Assembly (NCBI GenBank): GCA_041396505.1
Contig: JAWKYL010000007.1
Location: forward strand, 57,635 to 121,634
Direction: 5' to 3'
DNA: 64,000 bases
DNA from: Burkholderiaceae bacterium
GTDB taxonomy: Bacteria > Pseudomonadota > Gammaproteobacteria > Burkholderiales > Burkholderiaceae_C
Positions 1-9,122 of this stretch are shown here, piece by piece; the first letter of the stretch is position 1; each line of letters starts with the position of its first letter. A program made the translations under genes and the position numbers. A model generated the notes under the pieces. The model was not told the DNA's origin. It saw only the letters and a list, made by a program, of their open reading frames with translations, and made no database searches.

Positions 1-422
1 CAGGTGCCCACGCCGCAGGTGCCGGCATGGTGCTCGCTCCAGTCGGCACCGAGATAGAGCCCGGCTTTGCGCAGGCTGGGCTCGAACACGAGGTCCCCCA
101 GGAAATCGACCGTCACGCCGCGGGCATCGGTCAGCAACACCACGTAGCCCAGACCGGCCACCTTGCTGTAGAGCGTTTCCATGCCGTGCCGGGCGATCTG
201 CAGCAGGGCTTCCATCTGTTCCTGGTGTTCGCGCAGGCGCGCCTGCGGCAGGATGACTGCCTCCTGCATGCGGGCGGGGTCGAGCTGGTGTTCGTGCACG
301 CAGCGCAGCCAGGAGTCGCGGATGACCTGTTCGTGGCGCGATGCCGCCAGGGCGCCGGCGCCGTCAGCGGCCACCTGCATGACGGTGTGGATGTGCTGAT
401 GCTGGTGCAGGCTGGCGGACAT
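1..422 (-). CDS. sigma-54-dependent transcriptional activator, AcoR-like; N-terminal part only, the gene runs off the window
   Basis: Manual translation of the minus strand from ATG at 422-420 gives MSASLHQHQHIHTVMQVAADGAGALAASRHEQVIRDSWLRCVHEHQLDPARM...LLTDARGVTVDF. The SW-x-RC ... LDP N-terminus is typical of AcoR/GAF-type enhancer-binding proteins. It is absent from the ORF track because it is open at the window edge. Confidence 0.55.
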   Translation of the reverse strand, partial: MSASLHQHQHIHTVMQVAADGAGALAASRHEQVIRDSWLRCVHEHQLDPARMQEAVILPQARLREHQEQMEALLQIARHGMETLYSKVAGLGYVVLLTDARGVTVDFLGDLVFEPSLRKAGLYLGADWSEHHAGTCGVGT

Positions 423-534
423 GGGACAAGCTCCGGTTGCGGTTGGCGGGCAGGTCTTGGTTGAACCGCACACCATGGCCGCATCGGCCGTCACTGTCCA
501 TTGTGGTTTGCCCGCGGGGGTGGCGGGCAGGCAC

Positions 535-1050
535 TCACTTGCGCAGGTCGCTGATCCAGTCGGCCAGGGCGAACAGCAGGCCCGAGACCACGAAGGTCAG
601 GTGGATGGCGATCTTCCAGCCCAGCTCTTCGCCGCTGAGCGAGGTGCTGACCAGGAAGGCCTTGAGCAGCTCGACCGCCGAAATGGCCACGATGGCGCCG
701 ATGAGCTTCATTTTCAGGTCGGAGAAGCCCACCTTGCCCATCCAGGCCGGCCGGTCTTCGTGGTCGCCGATGCTCAGCTTGGAGACGAAGTTCTCGTACG
801 AGCTGAAGACGATGATCAGCAGCAGCACGGCAATCAGCGCCGTGTCGACCAGTGTGAGGATAGAGATGACGGTGTCATGCTGGACGAGACCCAGCACGCC
901 CTTGACCAGCAGGGCCAGTTCCTTGAAGAACTTGACCAGCAACACGAGCATGCCGACGATGAGGCCCAGGAAGAACGGCACCAGCAGCCAGCGGCTGGAG
1001 AAGATGAATTTCTCCAGCAGCACCTCGGACTTGTTGGGTTGGGGGGACAT
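535..1050 (-). CDS. UPF0114/YqhA-family inner membrane protein
   Basis: The C-terminal 171 aa of track ORF 535..2739, starting MSPQPNKSEVLLEKFIFSSRWLLVPFFLGL. It has several hydrophobic helices. The ATG was verified as cat at 1048-1050. Confidence 0.7.
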   Translation of the reverse strand: MSPQPNKSEVLLEKFIFSSRWLLVPFFLGLIVGMLVLLVKFFKELALLVKGVLGLVQHDTVISILTLVDTALIAVLLLIIVFSSYENFVSKLSIGDHEDRPAWMGKVGFSDLKMKLIGAIVAISAVELLKAFLVSTSLSGEELGWKIAIHLTFVVSGLLFALADWISDLRK

Positions 1051-1145
1051 GTTTGGTCGCAGGGATCGGGGTGGGGGATTTGGTCGGGCGCAAGCATAGC
1101 GGAATACGGTGGCGTTTCTGACCGTGCGTGCGCCCGGGCCGCTTG

Positions 1146-2123
1146 TCAGGTCGGCTGGCCTGCAGCGTCGAAGACGCCTTCGAACAGCACCGAACTGAGG
1201 TAGCGCTCGCCCGAGTCGGGCAGAATGACCACAATGGTTTTGTTGGCATTTTCGGGCCGGTTCGCCAGGCGAACAGCCACAGCGGCGGCGGCGCCACAGG
1301 AAATGCCCGAGAGAATGCCTTCCTCGCGGGCCAGGCGGCGGGCGAATTCCACCGCTTCCTCGTTGCTGACCTGCTCGATGGCGTCGACCAGCGACAGGTC
1401 GAGCACGTCGGGCACAAAGCCCGCGCCGATGCCCTGGATCTTGTGCGGCGCCGGCTTGATCTCCTCGCCGTTGCGTGTCTGGGTCAGGATGGGGCTGGCC
1501 GTGGGTTCGACCGCCACCGAGGTGATGGCCTTGCCCCGGGTCTGCTTGATGTAGCGGGAAATGCCGGTGATGGTGCCGCCCGTGCCCACGCCGGAGACCA
1601 GGATGTCGATGGCGCCGTCGGTGTCGTTCCAGATCTCGGGACCGGTGGTCTTCTCGTGGATGGCCGGGTTGGCCGGGTTCATGAACTGCTGCAGCAGCAC
1701 GTACTTGCCCGGATCGCTGGCCGCGATTTCCTCGGCCTTGGCCACGGCCCCTTTCATGCCCTTGGCACCTTCGGTCAGCACCAGCCGGGCGCCATAGGCC
1801 AGCAGCAGCTTGCGGCGCTCGATGCTCATGGTCTCGGGCATGGTCAGCGTCAGGGGAATGCCCTTGGCGGCTGCCACGAAGGCCAGCGCGATGCCAGTGT
1901 TGCCGCTGGTGGGCTCGACGATTTCCTTGCCCGGGCCCAGCAGGCCCCGTTGCTCGGCATCCCAGATCATGGCGGCGCCGATGCGGCACTTGACCGAGTA
2001 GGCCGGGTTGCGGCCCTCGACCTTGGCCAGGACGGTGGCCTTGGCACCGTCGGTGATGCGGTTCAGGCGCACCAGGGGGGTGCGGCCAATGGACAGGGCG
2101 TTGTCTTCGAAGATGTTCGACAT
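1146..2123 (-). CDS. cysK: cysteine synthase A (O-acetylserine sulfhydrylase)
   Basis: [21 protein letters not shown]..., the PLP-lysine motif SVKCRIG, and [18 protein letters not shown]. Start at the internal ATG 2123, 35 codons inside the track ORF. Confidence 0.9.
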   Translation of the reverse strand: MSNIFEDNALSIGRTPLVRLNRITDGAKATVLAKVEGRNPAYSVKCRIGAAMIWDAEQRGLLGPGKEIVEPTSGNTGIALAFVAAAKGIPLTLTMPETMSIERRKLLLAYGARLVLTEGAKGMKGAVAKAEEIAASDPGKYVLLQQFMNPANPAIHEKTTGPEIWNDTDGAIDILVSGVGTGGTITGISRYIKQTRGKAITSVAVEPTASPILTQTRNGEEIKPAPHKIQGIGAGFVPDVLDLSLVDAIEQVSNEEAVEFARRLAREEGILSGISCGAAAAVAVRLANRPENANKTIVVILPDSGERYLSSVLFEGVFDAAGQPT

Positions 2124-2278
2124 GCTGGCTCCTTGTGTAGGTTGTCTGATTGTGCCTGCGTGGCAACGGCCACGCAGCGAGCGGGGGCAGAGACGATTCG
2201 GCTTGGTGCGAAGACAGACTTGCCGCAAGATCCGGTTTCGCCATTCTTGCGTTACAGGCGGAACAGTTACAGACCCAC

Positions 2279-2686
2279 ATGACCCGTCCCGACAGCACGA
2301 CCCACAGCACCACCCGCATCGTCATCGGCGCCCATGCCACAACGCTAACGGACGATACGGGATTCGAGTCGGCGATTCCCGTCGGAGTCGCCGATCTCGC
2401 CGACCGGTTGTTCCGGCACGATCCGCCCACGTCCCTGGAGATGGAACAGGCGATTGACCGGGTCGAGGATGCCCTGGAGACGTCCGGACTGCAGCGGGAG
2501 GAGCGCGGGTGGCTGACGACGGCCGAGCCGCTGCTGTACGCGGCGCTGGCCATGTGGGCCGATGGCGATCGGATGTCGCGCGACGAGGTGGAGCAATGGT
2601 TCCAGCGCCTGGCGTCGGCCTCGCTGGGGCATCCCGGAGCGCTGGGCGACTTGCCCTGGACCGCCGCGCGGCGGCCCGGCTGCTGA
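2279..2686 (+). CDS. hypothetical protein; the 3' end is uncertain
   Basis: ORF from [22 protein letters not shown]... with GC3-rich codons and no family recognised. A protein-like stretch, [21 protein letters not shown], continues in another frame near 2650 (see rejected list). Confidence 0.4.
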   Translation: MTRPDSTTHSTTRIVIGAHATTLTDDTGFESAIPVGVADLADRLFRHDPPTSLEMEQAIDRVEDALETSGLQREERGWLTTAEPLLYAALAMWADGDRMSRDEVEQWFQRLASASLGHPGALGDLPWTAARRPGC

Positions 2687-2764
2687 TTTTGCGGGAGTGC
2701 ATGCACCACCTCGGGTTTGCCGGGACTCATGCTGGGCATGCCGGCGGCCTGAGTCCGGCCGGCT

Positions 2765-4208
2765 TCAGGCCAGTGGCAGCCGCACCTGCGCCCGCAGCCC
2801 CTGCCAGGGCGACGTGTCGAGCGACAACTCGCCGCCGTACAGGCTCAGCAGTTCCACCACGATGGCCAGGCCCAGGCCGGAGCCGGCTCCGCGCTCGTCC
2901 AGTCGTGTGCCGCGCTGCAGGGCGGCGGCCCGGGCCTCGGGCGGGATGCCGGGGCCGTCGTCGTCGATAGTCAGCAATACGTGGGGGCCATCGATCTGCC
3001 AGCCTAGCGTGACACGACTGCGGGCGCTGCGGCAGGCGTTGTCCAGCAGGTTGCCCACCACTTCCTGCAGGTCGATCGATTCGATGCGGACCTGGGCCTC
3101 GGGGTGCCCGGCCAGGGTCAGCGTGATTGGGGGGTACAGGCGTTGCAGTGTGCGCAGCAGCGGCGGCATCAGGGCGTCCAGTGCGCTTCGGCTGCGCCCC
3201 TGGTGAGCGCTGGCGGAGGCCCGGGCGCGCATCAGGTGCAGCTCGATCTGGCGCTGCATGCGGGCCAGTTCGTCCTGCAACAGCCCGCGGTGCAGGGGGC
3301 TGGCCGCCCTGGATCTGGTTGCCCAGGACCGTTAGCGGCGTCTTGAGGGCATGGGCCAGGTTGCCCGCCTGTGCCTGGGCACGGGCCAGCAGGGCCTCGT
3401 TGTCGTCGAGCACCCGGTTGAGGTCGTCGACCAGGGGTTGCACCTCGGCCGGGAACGGTTCGTCCAGGCGCTGGCGCTCGCCCCGGCGCAGTCCGGCGAG
3501 CGCGGCCTGCAGCCGCCGCAGGGGCACCAGGCCCATCCGCACCTGGAGCGTCATGGCCAGCAACAGCAGGCTGCCCAGCAAGGCCAGTGACAGGACCAGG
3601 CTGCGGCCGAACGAGGCGCTGGCCTGGGCCAGGTGCGTGGCGTCGCCGCCGGCGCCCAGCACCACCGCTTCATCGAGCCCCGGTACATGGACCTGGCGCA
3701 ACCACATGCGCATGGGCTCGCCGGCCGGGCCGGTGGGCTCCACGCGCAGGTCGGTGCCGGGCCGGAAGGCCTGGGTCCCTGGCGGTGTGAACGCGGGGAT
3801 GCTGTCCCACCAGGACCGGGAACGCAGCTGGGTGCCATCGGGCAGCCAGATCACCCAGTACAGGCCGCTTTCGGGACGCCGGAACAGCGGGTCGGCCGGC
3901 TCCCGGCTGAGGGTGACGGAGGGAGGCGGGTCTTCGGCTTCGGGCGCATCTGGTGCGCTGGCGCCGTTCGTGGCGCCCTCGGCGGGCAGGCGGGCAGGTG
4001 CCGGCTGGACGACCAGTGCACCCAGCAGGTCGTCCAGGTGGCCCTGCATGCGGCGGGCCATGTCGACTTCGACGTAGTTGCCGAACAAGGTGTTCAGTCC
4101 GATGGCGGCCAGCACGAGACCGAGCACGATCAGGGTGCCGGCGGCCCACCACAGACGCTGCTGCAGCGAGCGGGGTGGCTGGCGGCCGGGGGTGTCGCGC
4201 GCAGGCAT
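2765..4208 (-). pseudogene. PhoQ/QseC-like sensor histidine kinase with an apparent frameshift at a homopolymer
   Basis: The TM/periplasmic/HAMP region and H-box (AGNLAHALKTPLTVL) lie in the frame of ORF 2727..4208. The HATPase_c part (LLDNACRSA, DDDGPGIP, GSGLGLAIV) lies in the frame of ORF 2765..3280. The frames meet at the G5 run 3295-3299. Removing one base gives ...GNQIQGGQPLHRGLLQDELARMQRQIE. Confidence 0.65.
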
Positions 4209-4221
4209 GGACGGGGCGGTG

Positions 4222-4884
4222 TCAGCCGGCCTCGCCGACGCGGAAGCCCAGGCCGCGCACGGTGGTCACGAAGCCTTCGGGCAGCTTGCGCCGCAGGCGG
4301 GCGATGAACACGTCAATGGTGTTGCTGTCCCGGTCGCTGTCGTGTTCGTACAGGTGCTCGGCCAGTTCGGTGCGCGAGAGCACCTGACCGGCGTGGTGCA
4401 TCAGCGCGCTGAGCAGCCGGTACTCGTGGGGCGTGAGTTCCACGGCCTGTCCGGCGGCCTGGACGGTGCAGCTGCGGGTGTCCAGTTCGACCGGGCCGAC
4501 ATGGATGACCGGGTGCGATTTGCCCGCCGCACGGCGCAGCAGGGCGCGTACGCGCGCCAGCAGTTCTTCCATCTGGAAGGGTTTGGCCAGGTAGTCGTCG
4601 GCGCCGGCGTCCATGCCATGCACCTTGTCCTGCCAGGATCCGCGAGCGGTCAGGATGATGACCGGCATGGCCAGCCCGGCCTCGCGCCAGTTGCGCAGCA
4701 CGCTCAGGCCGTCGCGCCCCGGCAGGCCCAGGTCCAGCACCACGGCGTCGGGGTGGCCGTGCAGGCCCAGGTGTTCGGCGTCCACGCCCTTGTCGGCCAG
4801 GTCGACCGCATAGCCGGCGGCCTGCAGGGCATCGGACAGCTGCAGCAGCAGGCGGGGATCGTCTTCGGCCACGAGAATGCGCAT
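4222..4884 (-). CDS. OmpR/PhoB-family response regulator
   Basis: MRILVAEDDPRLL..., receiver motifs DLGLPGRDG and ARG..DKV...GADDYLAKPF, and a winged-helix C-terminus (TPHEYRLLSALM...VRGLGFRV). The ATG was verified at 4884. Confidence 0.9.
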   Translation of the reverse strand: MRILVAEDDPRLLLQLSDALQAAGYAVDLADKGVDAEHLGLHGHPDAVVLDLGLPGRDGLSVLRNWREAGLAMPVIILTARGSWQDKVHGMDAGADDYLAKPFQMEELLARVRALLRRAAGKSHPVIHVGPVELDTRSCTVQAAGQAVELTPHEYRLLSALMHHAGQVLSRTELAEHLYEHDSDRDSNTIDVFIARLRRKLPEGFVTTVRGLGFRVGEAG

Positions 4885-4921
4885 GGGGTTACGGCTGGAA
4901 GATGGACAGAGGGTCGGGCGG

Positions 4922-5287
4922 TCAGGGCAGGGGTCGGCCGTCACGGCCGAATACCGTTTCGAGACGGTGGCCTTCCACCTTGATGAGTTCGCCGGTGCGG
5001 GCGTCGTAGGCGAGCTCGAGTTTGCGTCCGTCTTCGAGCAACAGGTCGATTGCGTAGACGAGGCCCCTGCGGTCGCGGTCGAGTTCGACTTCGATGACAC
5101 GTCCACCGAAATGGGTCAGCGCGTGACCCCGGATGGTTTCCAGCGGCAGCAGGTCGCCGCGACGGACGGCCTCGTGCAGGCCGCGTTCGTCCGGCTCTCG
5201 GGCCAGCGACGCAGGCGCGGTAACCCCCATGCACAGCGGCAGGATGGCGCAGGCCAGCAGCAGGCGACGGGCAGGGACAATGGACAT
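4922..5287 (-). CDS. PepSY domain-containing secreted protein
   Basis: A signal-like N-terminus, MSIVPARRLLLACAILPLCMG, then GGRVIEVELDRDRRGLVYAIDLLLEDGRKLELAYDARTGELIKVE, the PepSY pattern. Confidence 0.7.
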   Translation of the reverse strand: MSIVPARRLLLACAILPLCMGVTAPASLAREPDERGLHEAVRRGDLLPLETIRGHALTHFGGRVIEVELDRDRRGLVYAIDLLLEDGRKLELAYDARTGELIKVEGHRLETVFGRDGRPLP

Positions 5288-5310
5288 GGTGGCAGCATGC
5301 CACAGCCTGG

Positions 5311-5350
5311 TTGAACATTCCATGAACGCGGCGTTCATGAAGCGTTCAGG
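5311..5350. promoter_or_regulatory. 40-bp nested palindrome with four TGAAC/GTTCA half-sites in the divergent PepSY-PepSY promoter region
   Basis: ttGAACAttccatGAACGcggcGTTCAtgaagcGTTCAgg. The inner 19 bp, catgaacgc-g-gcgttcatg (5321-5339), form a perfect palindrome. Confidence 0.4.
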
Positions 5351-5406
5351 TGCCCGGGCGGACACTGGCGGTCATCGATTCACCGTCACGACCTCAAGGA
5401 GTCATC

Positions 5407-5871
5407 ATGCGTCACACACACACCACCTCCCGCCGCCAATGGAACACCGCCCTGCTGACCGGCCTGATCGCCCTGGGCAGCGGCGCTGCCCTGGCGCAGA
5501 GCCAGCCGTCCGCGCCGCCGGTGGCCCCGGCGACATCGGCAACATCGGCAACATCGGCAACATCGGCAACATCGGCAACATCGGCAACATCGGCAACATC
5601 GGCAACATCGGCAACATCGGCAATGGCTGCGCCCGCCATGGGCTTCGGTCAGATCAGCGAAGCGGTGCAGAAGCTGGGCTATACCGAGATCCGCGAGATC
5701 GAGCGCAAGAGCGACAAGCTGTACGAGATCAAGGCCCTGGACAGTGAAGGCCGTCGCACCGAGCTGTATGTGGATGCCCGCACCGGCGAAGTGCTCAAGT
5801 CCGAGACCCGGGGCCATCGCCGGCACCGGGACGGCGAACGCGGCGATGGCGAGCGCCGGTTCCTGCGCTGA
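5407..5871 (+). CDS. PepSY domain-containing secreted protein with an (Ala-Thr-Ser)x10 linker
   Basis: aaggag sits 6 nt upstream of the ATG at 5407. The signal peptide is NTALLTGLIALGSGAALAQ. After the ATS repeat comes QKLGYTEIREIERKSDKLYEIKALDSEGRRTELYVDARTGEVLK, the PepSY pattern. Confidence 0.75.
   Translation: MRHTHTTSRRQWNTALLTGLIALGSGAALAQSQPSAPPVAPATSATSATSATSATSATSATSATSATSATSAMAAPAMGFGQISEAVQKLGYTEIREIERKSDKLYEIKALDSEGRRTELYVDARTGEVLKSETRGHRRHRDGERGDGERRFLR
5533..5622. repeat. perfect tandem repeat, 10 copies of the 9-nt unit acatcggca
   Basis: Counted directly in the sequence. It is in frame inside CDS 5407..5871 and encodes ATSATS... Confidence 0.95.
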
Positions 5872-5893
5872 GTCTCCCCGGTGACCGGCTGGT

Positions 5894-6211
5894 TCAGGCC
5901 CTGATGTCCAGCAGGGTACCCAGCATGTCGTCCTGCGTCTGGACCGTGCGCAAGCTGGCCTCGAAACTGTAGAGCCCCAGTTTCTGCTGCACCAGGTCCT
6001 CGGCCAGCCGGTCGAAGCCGCCGGCTCCGGCCGGCTCCAGCCTCGCATCCACGCCGCCCTGGTCCGGGCGCGCGGTCTGGCTCACCACCTGCCGCCTGAA
6101 ATCCGGCGTCATCACGTTGGCCACGTTGTGCGCGCTGCTGTCCAGCCGCAGGCGGGCCGCCTGCATGCCGCTGATGCCAGCAGAGAGTCCGGATGTGATG
6201 GGCGGTGTCAT
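5894..6211 (-). CDS. small protein with flagellar rod-type N- and C-terminal motifs (FlgB/FlgC-like mini-protein)
   Basis: SGLSAGISGMQAARLRLDSSAHNVANVMTP resembles the Flg_bb_rod N-motif. LAEDLVQQKLGLYSFEASLRTVQTQDDMLGTLLDI resembles the rod C-terminal motif. It is only about 105 aa, and no other flagellar genes are nearby. Confidence 0.5.
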   Translation of the reverse strand: MTPPITSGLSAGISGMQAARLRLDSSAHNVANVMTPDFRRQVVSQTARPDQGGVDARLEPAGAGGFDRLAEDLVQQKLGLYSFEASLRTVQTQDDMLGTLLDIRA

Positions 6212-6365
6212 GGCGGGTCCTTCACCAGAGCATCGGCCGCCGGGGCGGGACATGAAGCGGCAGACGACAAACGGCGCATGCCGTCATGGTCATCAGGGCT
6301 GGCACGGTGCCTGCTTGCCGGGTCTCGGCCACAATGCAGCCCTTCGCACACGCCCGGACCCACCC

Positions 6366-6839
6366 ATGACCCTGCCTGCCCACCAGCTCAGCATGACCGT
6401 GCTGATGACACCCGATACCGCCAATTTCTCGGGCAACGTGCACGGCGGCACCATCCTCAAACTGCTTGACCAGGTGGCCTACGCCTGTGCCAGCCGCTAT
6501 GCGGGCACCTACGTGGTCACGCTCAGTGTCGACCAGGTGATGTTCCGCCAGCCCATCCACGTGGGCGAGCTGGTGACATTCCTGGCCTCGGTCAACCACA
6601 CCGGCAGTTCGTCCATGGAAATCGGCATCAAGGTGATCGCCGAGAACATCCGCACCCAGGAGAACCGGCACGTCAACAGCTGCTTTTTCACCATGGTGGC
6701 GGTGGACGAGAACGGCAAGCCGACACCGGTGCCGGCCCTGCGTCCGTTCACGCCGGACGAGCGCCGTCGCCACGCCGCCGCCGAGCTGCGCAAGTCCATG
6801 CGCCGCGAGATGGAACAGCGTTTTGCCGCTGTGCGCTGA
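6366..6839 (+). CDS. acyl-CoA thioesterase (hotdog fold, YciA/BFIT-like)
   Basis: MTVLMTPDTANFSGNVHGGTILKLLDQVAYACASRYAG...VTLSVDQVMFRQPIHVGELV, typical of 4HBT/acyl-CoA hydrolases. Confidence 0.85.
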   Translation: MTLPAHQLSMTVLMTPDTANFSGNVHGGTILKLLDQVAYACASRYAGTYVVTLSVDQVMFRQPIHVGELVTFLASVNHTGSSSMEIGIKVIAENIRTQENRHVNSCFFTMVAVDENGKPTPVPALRPFTPDERRRHAAAELRKSMRREMEQRFAAVR

Positions 6840-6848
6840 GGTGGGCGT

Positions 6849-7364
6849 TCAGTCCGGCCGTTTCAGCTGCAGGCGGATCTGGCGCAGCAGTTCCTCGCTG
6901 CCGTCCTCCGCCAGGTCCAGCACGAGCTCGAAGCCGGCGGGTCCGCCGGTGTAGGGGTCGGGCACCGACCGGAGGTCGGAGCGCCGGAAGAAGTCGGCGA
7001 AGGGGCGCAGCTTGTGCCGGTGCCCGGTCGGGCACAGGTCTTCAGCCCGGGCCAGGTTGTCCTGGTCCATGGTCAGCACGAGATCGAATTGTGCGAAGTC
7101 GTCTGCGGTCAGCAGGCGCCCGCGTTGCTGCGAGAGGTCGTAGCCACGGCGCAAGGCATGGCGCTGGGTGCGCTCGTCCGGCGGCGATCCGACGTGGTAG
7201 CCGTGCGTGCCGGCGGAATCGACCTCGATCCACGCTGCCAGCCCAGCGTCACGAACCCGGGTTTCGAACACCCCGTGAGCGGTCGGGCTCCGGCAGATGT
7301 TGCCCATGCAGACGAACAGGACGCGAAAGGCCGGGGATGGTGGAACGGGGGGATTAGCGGGCAT
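6849..7364 (-). CDS. low-molecular-weight protein-tyrosine-phosphatase
   Basis: The CX5R(S) P-loop VLFVCMGNICRSPTA, plus the DSAG and DPY motifs. Confidence 0.9.
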   Translation of the reverse strand: MPANPPVPPSPAFRVLFVCMGNICRSPTAHGVFETRVRDAGLAAWIEVDSAGTHGYHVGSPPDERTQRHALRRGYDLSQQRGRLLTADDFAQFDLVLTMDQDNLARAEDLCPTGHRHKLRPFADFFRRSDLRSVPDPYTGGPAGFELVLDLAEDGSEELLRQIRLQLKRPD

Positions 7365-7778
7365 TGTGGCTGGGGTGTGCGGGAGGTGGGGCGGCCCTTC
7401 GATTTGTAGCAGGTTCGGATGTCACGTTATGGGGACGGGGAATGTGAGGGAGTGATTTTGGGTTGGCTATTGTCAACACGCCGGGAATGCGGCGTTTATG
7501 GGTGGGGCGGTTAATGCCGTTCCGCCAGGGCAATTCAAGAACTCGGGTGGACTGCAGCACAAGGGTGCAGGGCTTCTCGGAGGCTTTGTAGTTGGACAAA
7601 TACCCAGCCGCTGAGTGGCAAGCCACTTCCAGAAGGGACATCGAGCGGACACCCGCTTCGCGTGCACCGCACATTTTGAGTGTTAGGCCGCAGAGGAAGC
7701 TCATTGCCTGGCCGCTGGCTACAGAGGACCGTGGGTTTGCTCCTATACTTACCTACCCACAGCACAGGAATACATCCG

Positions 7779-8246
7779 ATGACGAGAGCGAAGCTGGTCC
7801 GAGTGGCATTTGTGCGGTACTCGCCGCAAGGCAAGGTATACCCAGCCCTTTGCGACCGAAGAGACATTGTCGAAGGCAACGAAGTCGAAGTATTGATGCG
7901 CGCCGAATCCAAAGATGCCTACTACATGAACGGGGTTGTCGACCACATTGAGTTTCATCGTTGGAATTGCACCTGTCGAGTTGAAAATCTGACCAGTGAA
8001 GTTGAGTACTCCATTACGGATGACGGTGAGTTCGATCGAAAGGTGAATTTGCCTTCTGCAAGAATCTATGACGTAGCCGACTGGCTGGAGAGGAAGAGAG
8101 GCTACTACGACACCCTGTCATCTTCTGTGCGCGATGAGATGCAAGACATCTACCATGCGGCTGCGGGAGAGGATGGAGAAGATGCTTACCTCGGTGACGG
8201 TGTCTGGATAAGGCCGGATGGCTCATTAGACGACCGTGGACGATAG
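7779..8246 (+). CDS. hypothetical protein, orphan; N-terminal module shared with 8373..9122
   Basis: 155-aa ORF in an AT-richer segment, with agga 9 nt upstream of the ATG at 7779. The N-terminus VRVAFVRYSPQGKVYPALCDRRDIVEGNEVEV...HRWNCTCRV parallels the neighbouring gene. Confidence 0.5.
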   Translation: MTRAKLVRVAFVRYSPQGKVYPALCDRRDIVEGNEVEVLMRAESKDAYYMNGVVDHIEFHRWNCTCRVENLTSEVEYSITDDGEFDRKVNLPSARIYDVADWLERKRGYYDTLSSSVRDEMQDIYHAAAGEDGEDAYLGDGVWIRPDGSLDDRGR

Positions 8247-8372
8247 CTCGCTGCGGCCTAACCCTTCTTATGTCCGACTCGTTTACAAAAAAATTCAGAC
8301 GCGCCCGAGTTGGGGCAATCTTTGGTTTTAGATTTGTACCCAACTCTGGTCCAGAGGGTTTGGTTTCTGGGG

Positions 8373-9122
8373 CTAATCTCTTTCCATCATTTCTTTGTAC
8401 CAAGCATGCATGCCGTCACACCAGTCCGATTGCCAGTCATCCGATCCATCCTCCGACTCCCGAATGTTAAACTTTGAAACAGAACCAAGTTGTTTTGGGT
8501 AGCTGTTGTCGTCAGCACTTCGATCACTTTGACCTACAGAGACAAAAAATCGATCGTATGTACCTTCATTGCGCTCGAATGCCTGAGCGAACCTGATAGC
8601 CCCTTCGAACAAATTGAACGTTGTGTGAGACAGATAGTGCCGCACAAACCGCCCTTCGTAAAAGGAGTGTGACAGTTTGCTGAACGCTCGCGGCATAGGC
8701 TGCACATTTGGCAGCAGCTGGAAGTCGACTCCATTTTTTCTTACCCATATTCGGCCAGTCTGAACATCGTTGTTATAAGTCAGAACCATTCGATAGGTCG
8801 TTGCATAACGAAGCGGCGTCCAACCGCGCTCCCTTAGGAGTGCAATAAGATCGTCAACTGAAACCAAACCGATCTTGCGTGGCGTTCCTGGAACTAGATG
8901 TATGCGACCACCGGATAATGTTCCCTCATCAGCTTTACAAATAATCTTTGATTTGCAGTCCCAGTTTAAATACCTTAGTCTTGCAACGGTAGCCGATGCA
9001 AGTCGGCCATCAATCGATTGGACAACGACGTTGTCAGCAGGCTTGATATCCTTTCGGAAGCATGCTACTGGATACTCTTTATTCACATTTGAGAATTTTA
9101 CGAAGGCGATGATGTAGCTCAT
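8373..9122 (-). CDS. hypothetical protein, orphan; N-terminal module shared with 7779..8246
   Basis: 249-aa ORF from MSYIIAFVKFSNVNKEYPVACFRKDIKPADNVVV...LNWDCKSKI. The start was chosen by alignment with the paralogue. The longest ORF starts at a TTG at 9176. Confidence 0.55.
   Translation of the reverse strand: MSYIIAFVKFSNVNKEYPVACFRKDIKPADNVVVQSIDGRLASATVARLRYLNWDCKSKIICKADEGTLSGGRIHLVPGTPRKIGLVSVDDLIALLRERGWTPLRYATTYRMVLTYNNDVQTGRIWVRKNGVDFQLLPNVQPMPRAFSKLSHSFYEGRFVRHYLSHTTFNLFEGAIRFAQAFERNEGTYDRFFVSVGQSDRSADDNSYPKQLGSVSKFNIRESEDGSDDWQSDWCDGMHAWYKEMMERD

Noticed and set aside
535-2739. A 734-aa minus-strand ORF spanning the YqhA-like gene, cysK and beyond.
   Set aside because: Only its last 171 codons look like protein (the YqhA family). 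The rest is Arg/Pro/Gly/Ala-rich read-through typical of spurious long ORFs in high-GC DNA. It also overlaps the convincing cysK frame.
2640-2970. A protein-like stretch, [21 protein letters not shown], in a second frame at the 3' end of CDS 2279..2686. It hints at a third frameshift.
   Set aside because: There is no homopolymer at the putative switch. The alternative frame has no stop until 2970, which would run about 200 bp into the convergent kinase gene. I cannot reconstruct a sensible product, so I do not call it. A blastx of 2279-2800 would settle the question.
5533-5622. A regular short repeat that could be mistaken for a CRISPR-like or minisatellite array.
   Set aside because: The units are contiguous 9-mers with no spacers, in frame inside a CDS. 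This is a coding tandem repeat, not a CRISPR array.
7400-7440. The sequence gcaggttcggatgtcac resembles a tRNA T-loop (GGTTCGAAT) near the islet boundary. It could be a tRNA or a tRNA-fragment att site.
   Set aside because: The flanking bases do not form a T-stem or an acceptor stem, and no cloverleaf can be drawn. No other tRNA-like sequence was found in the window.
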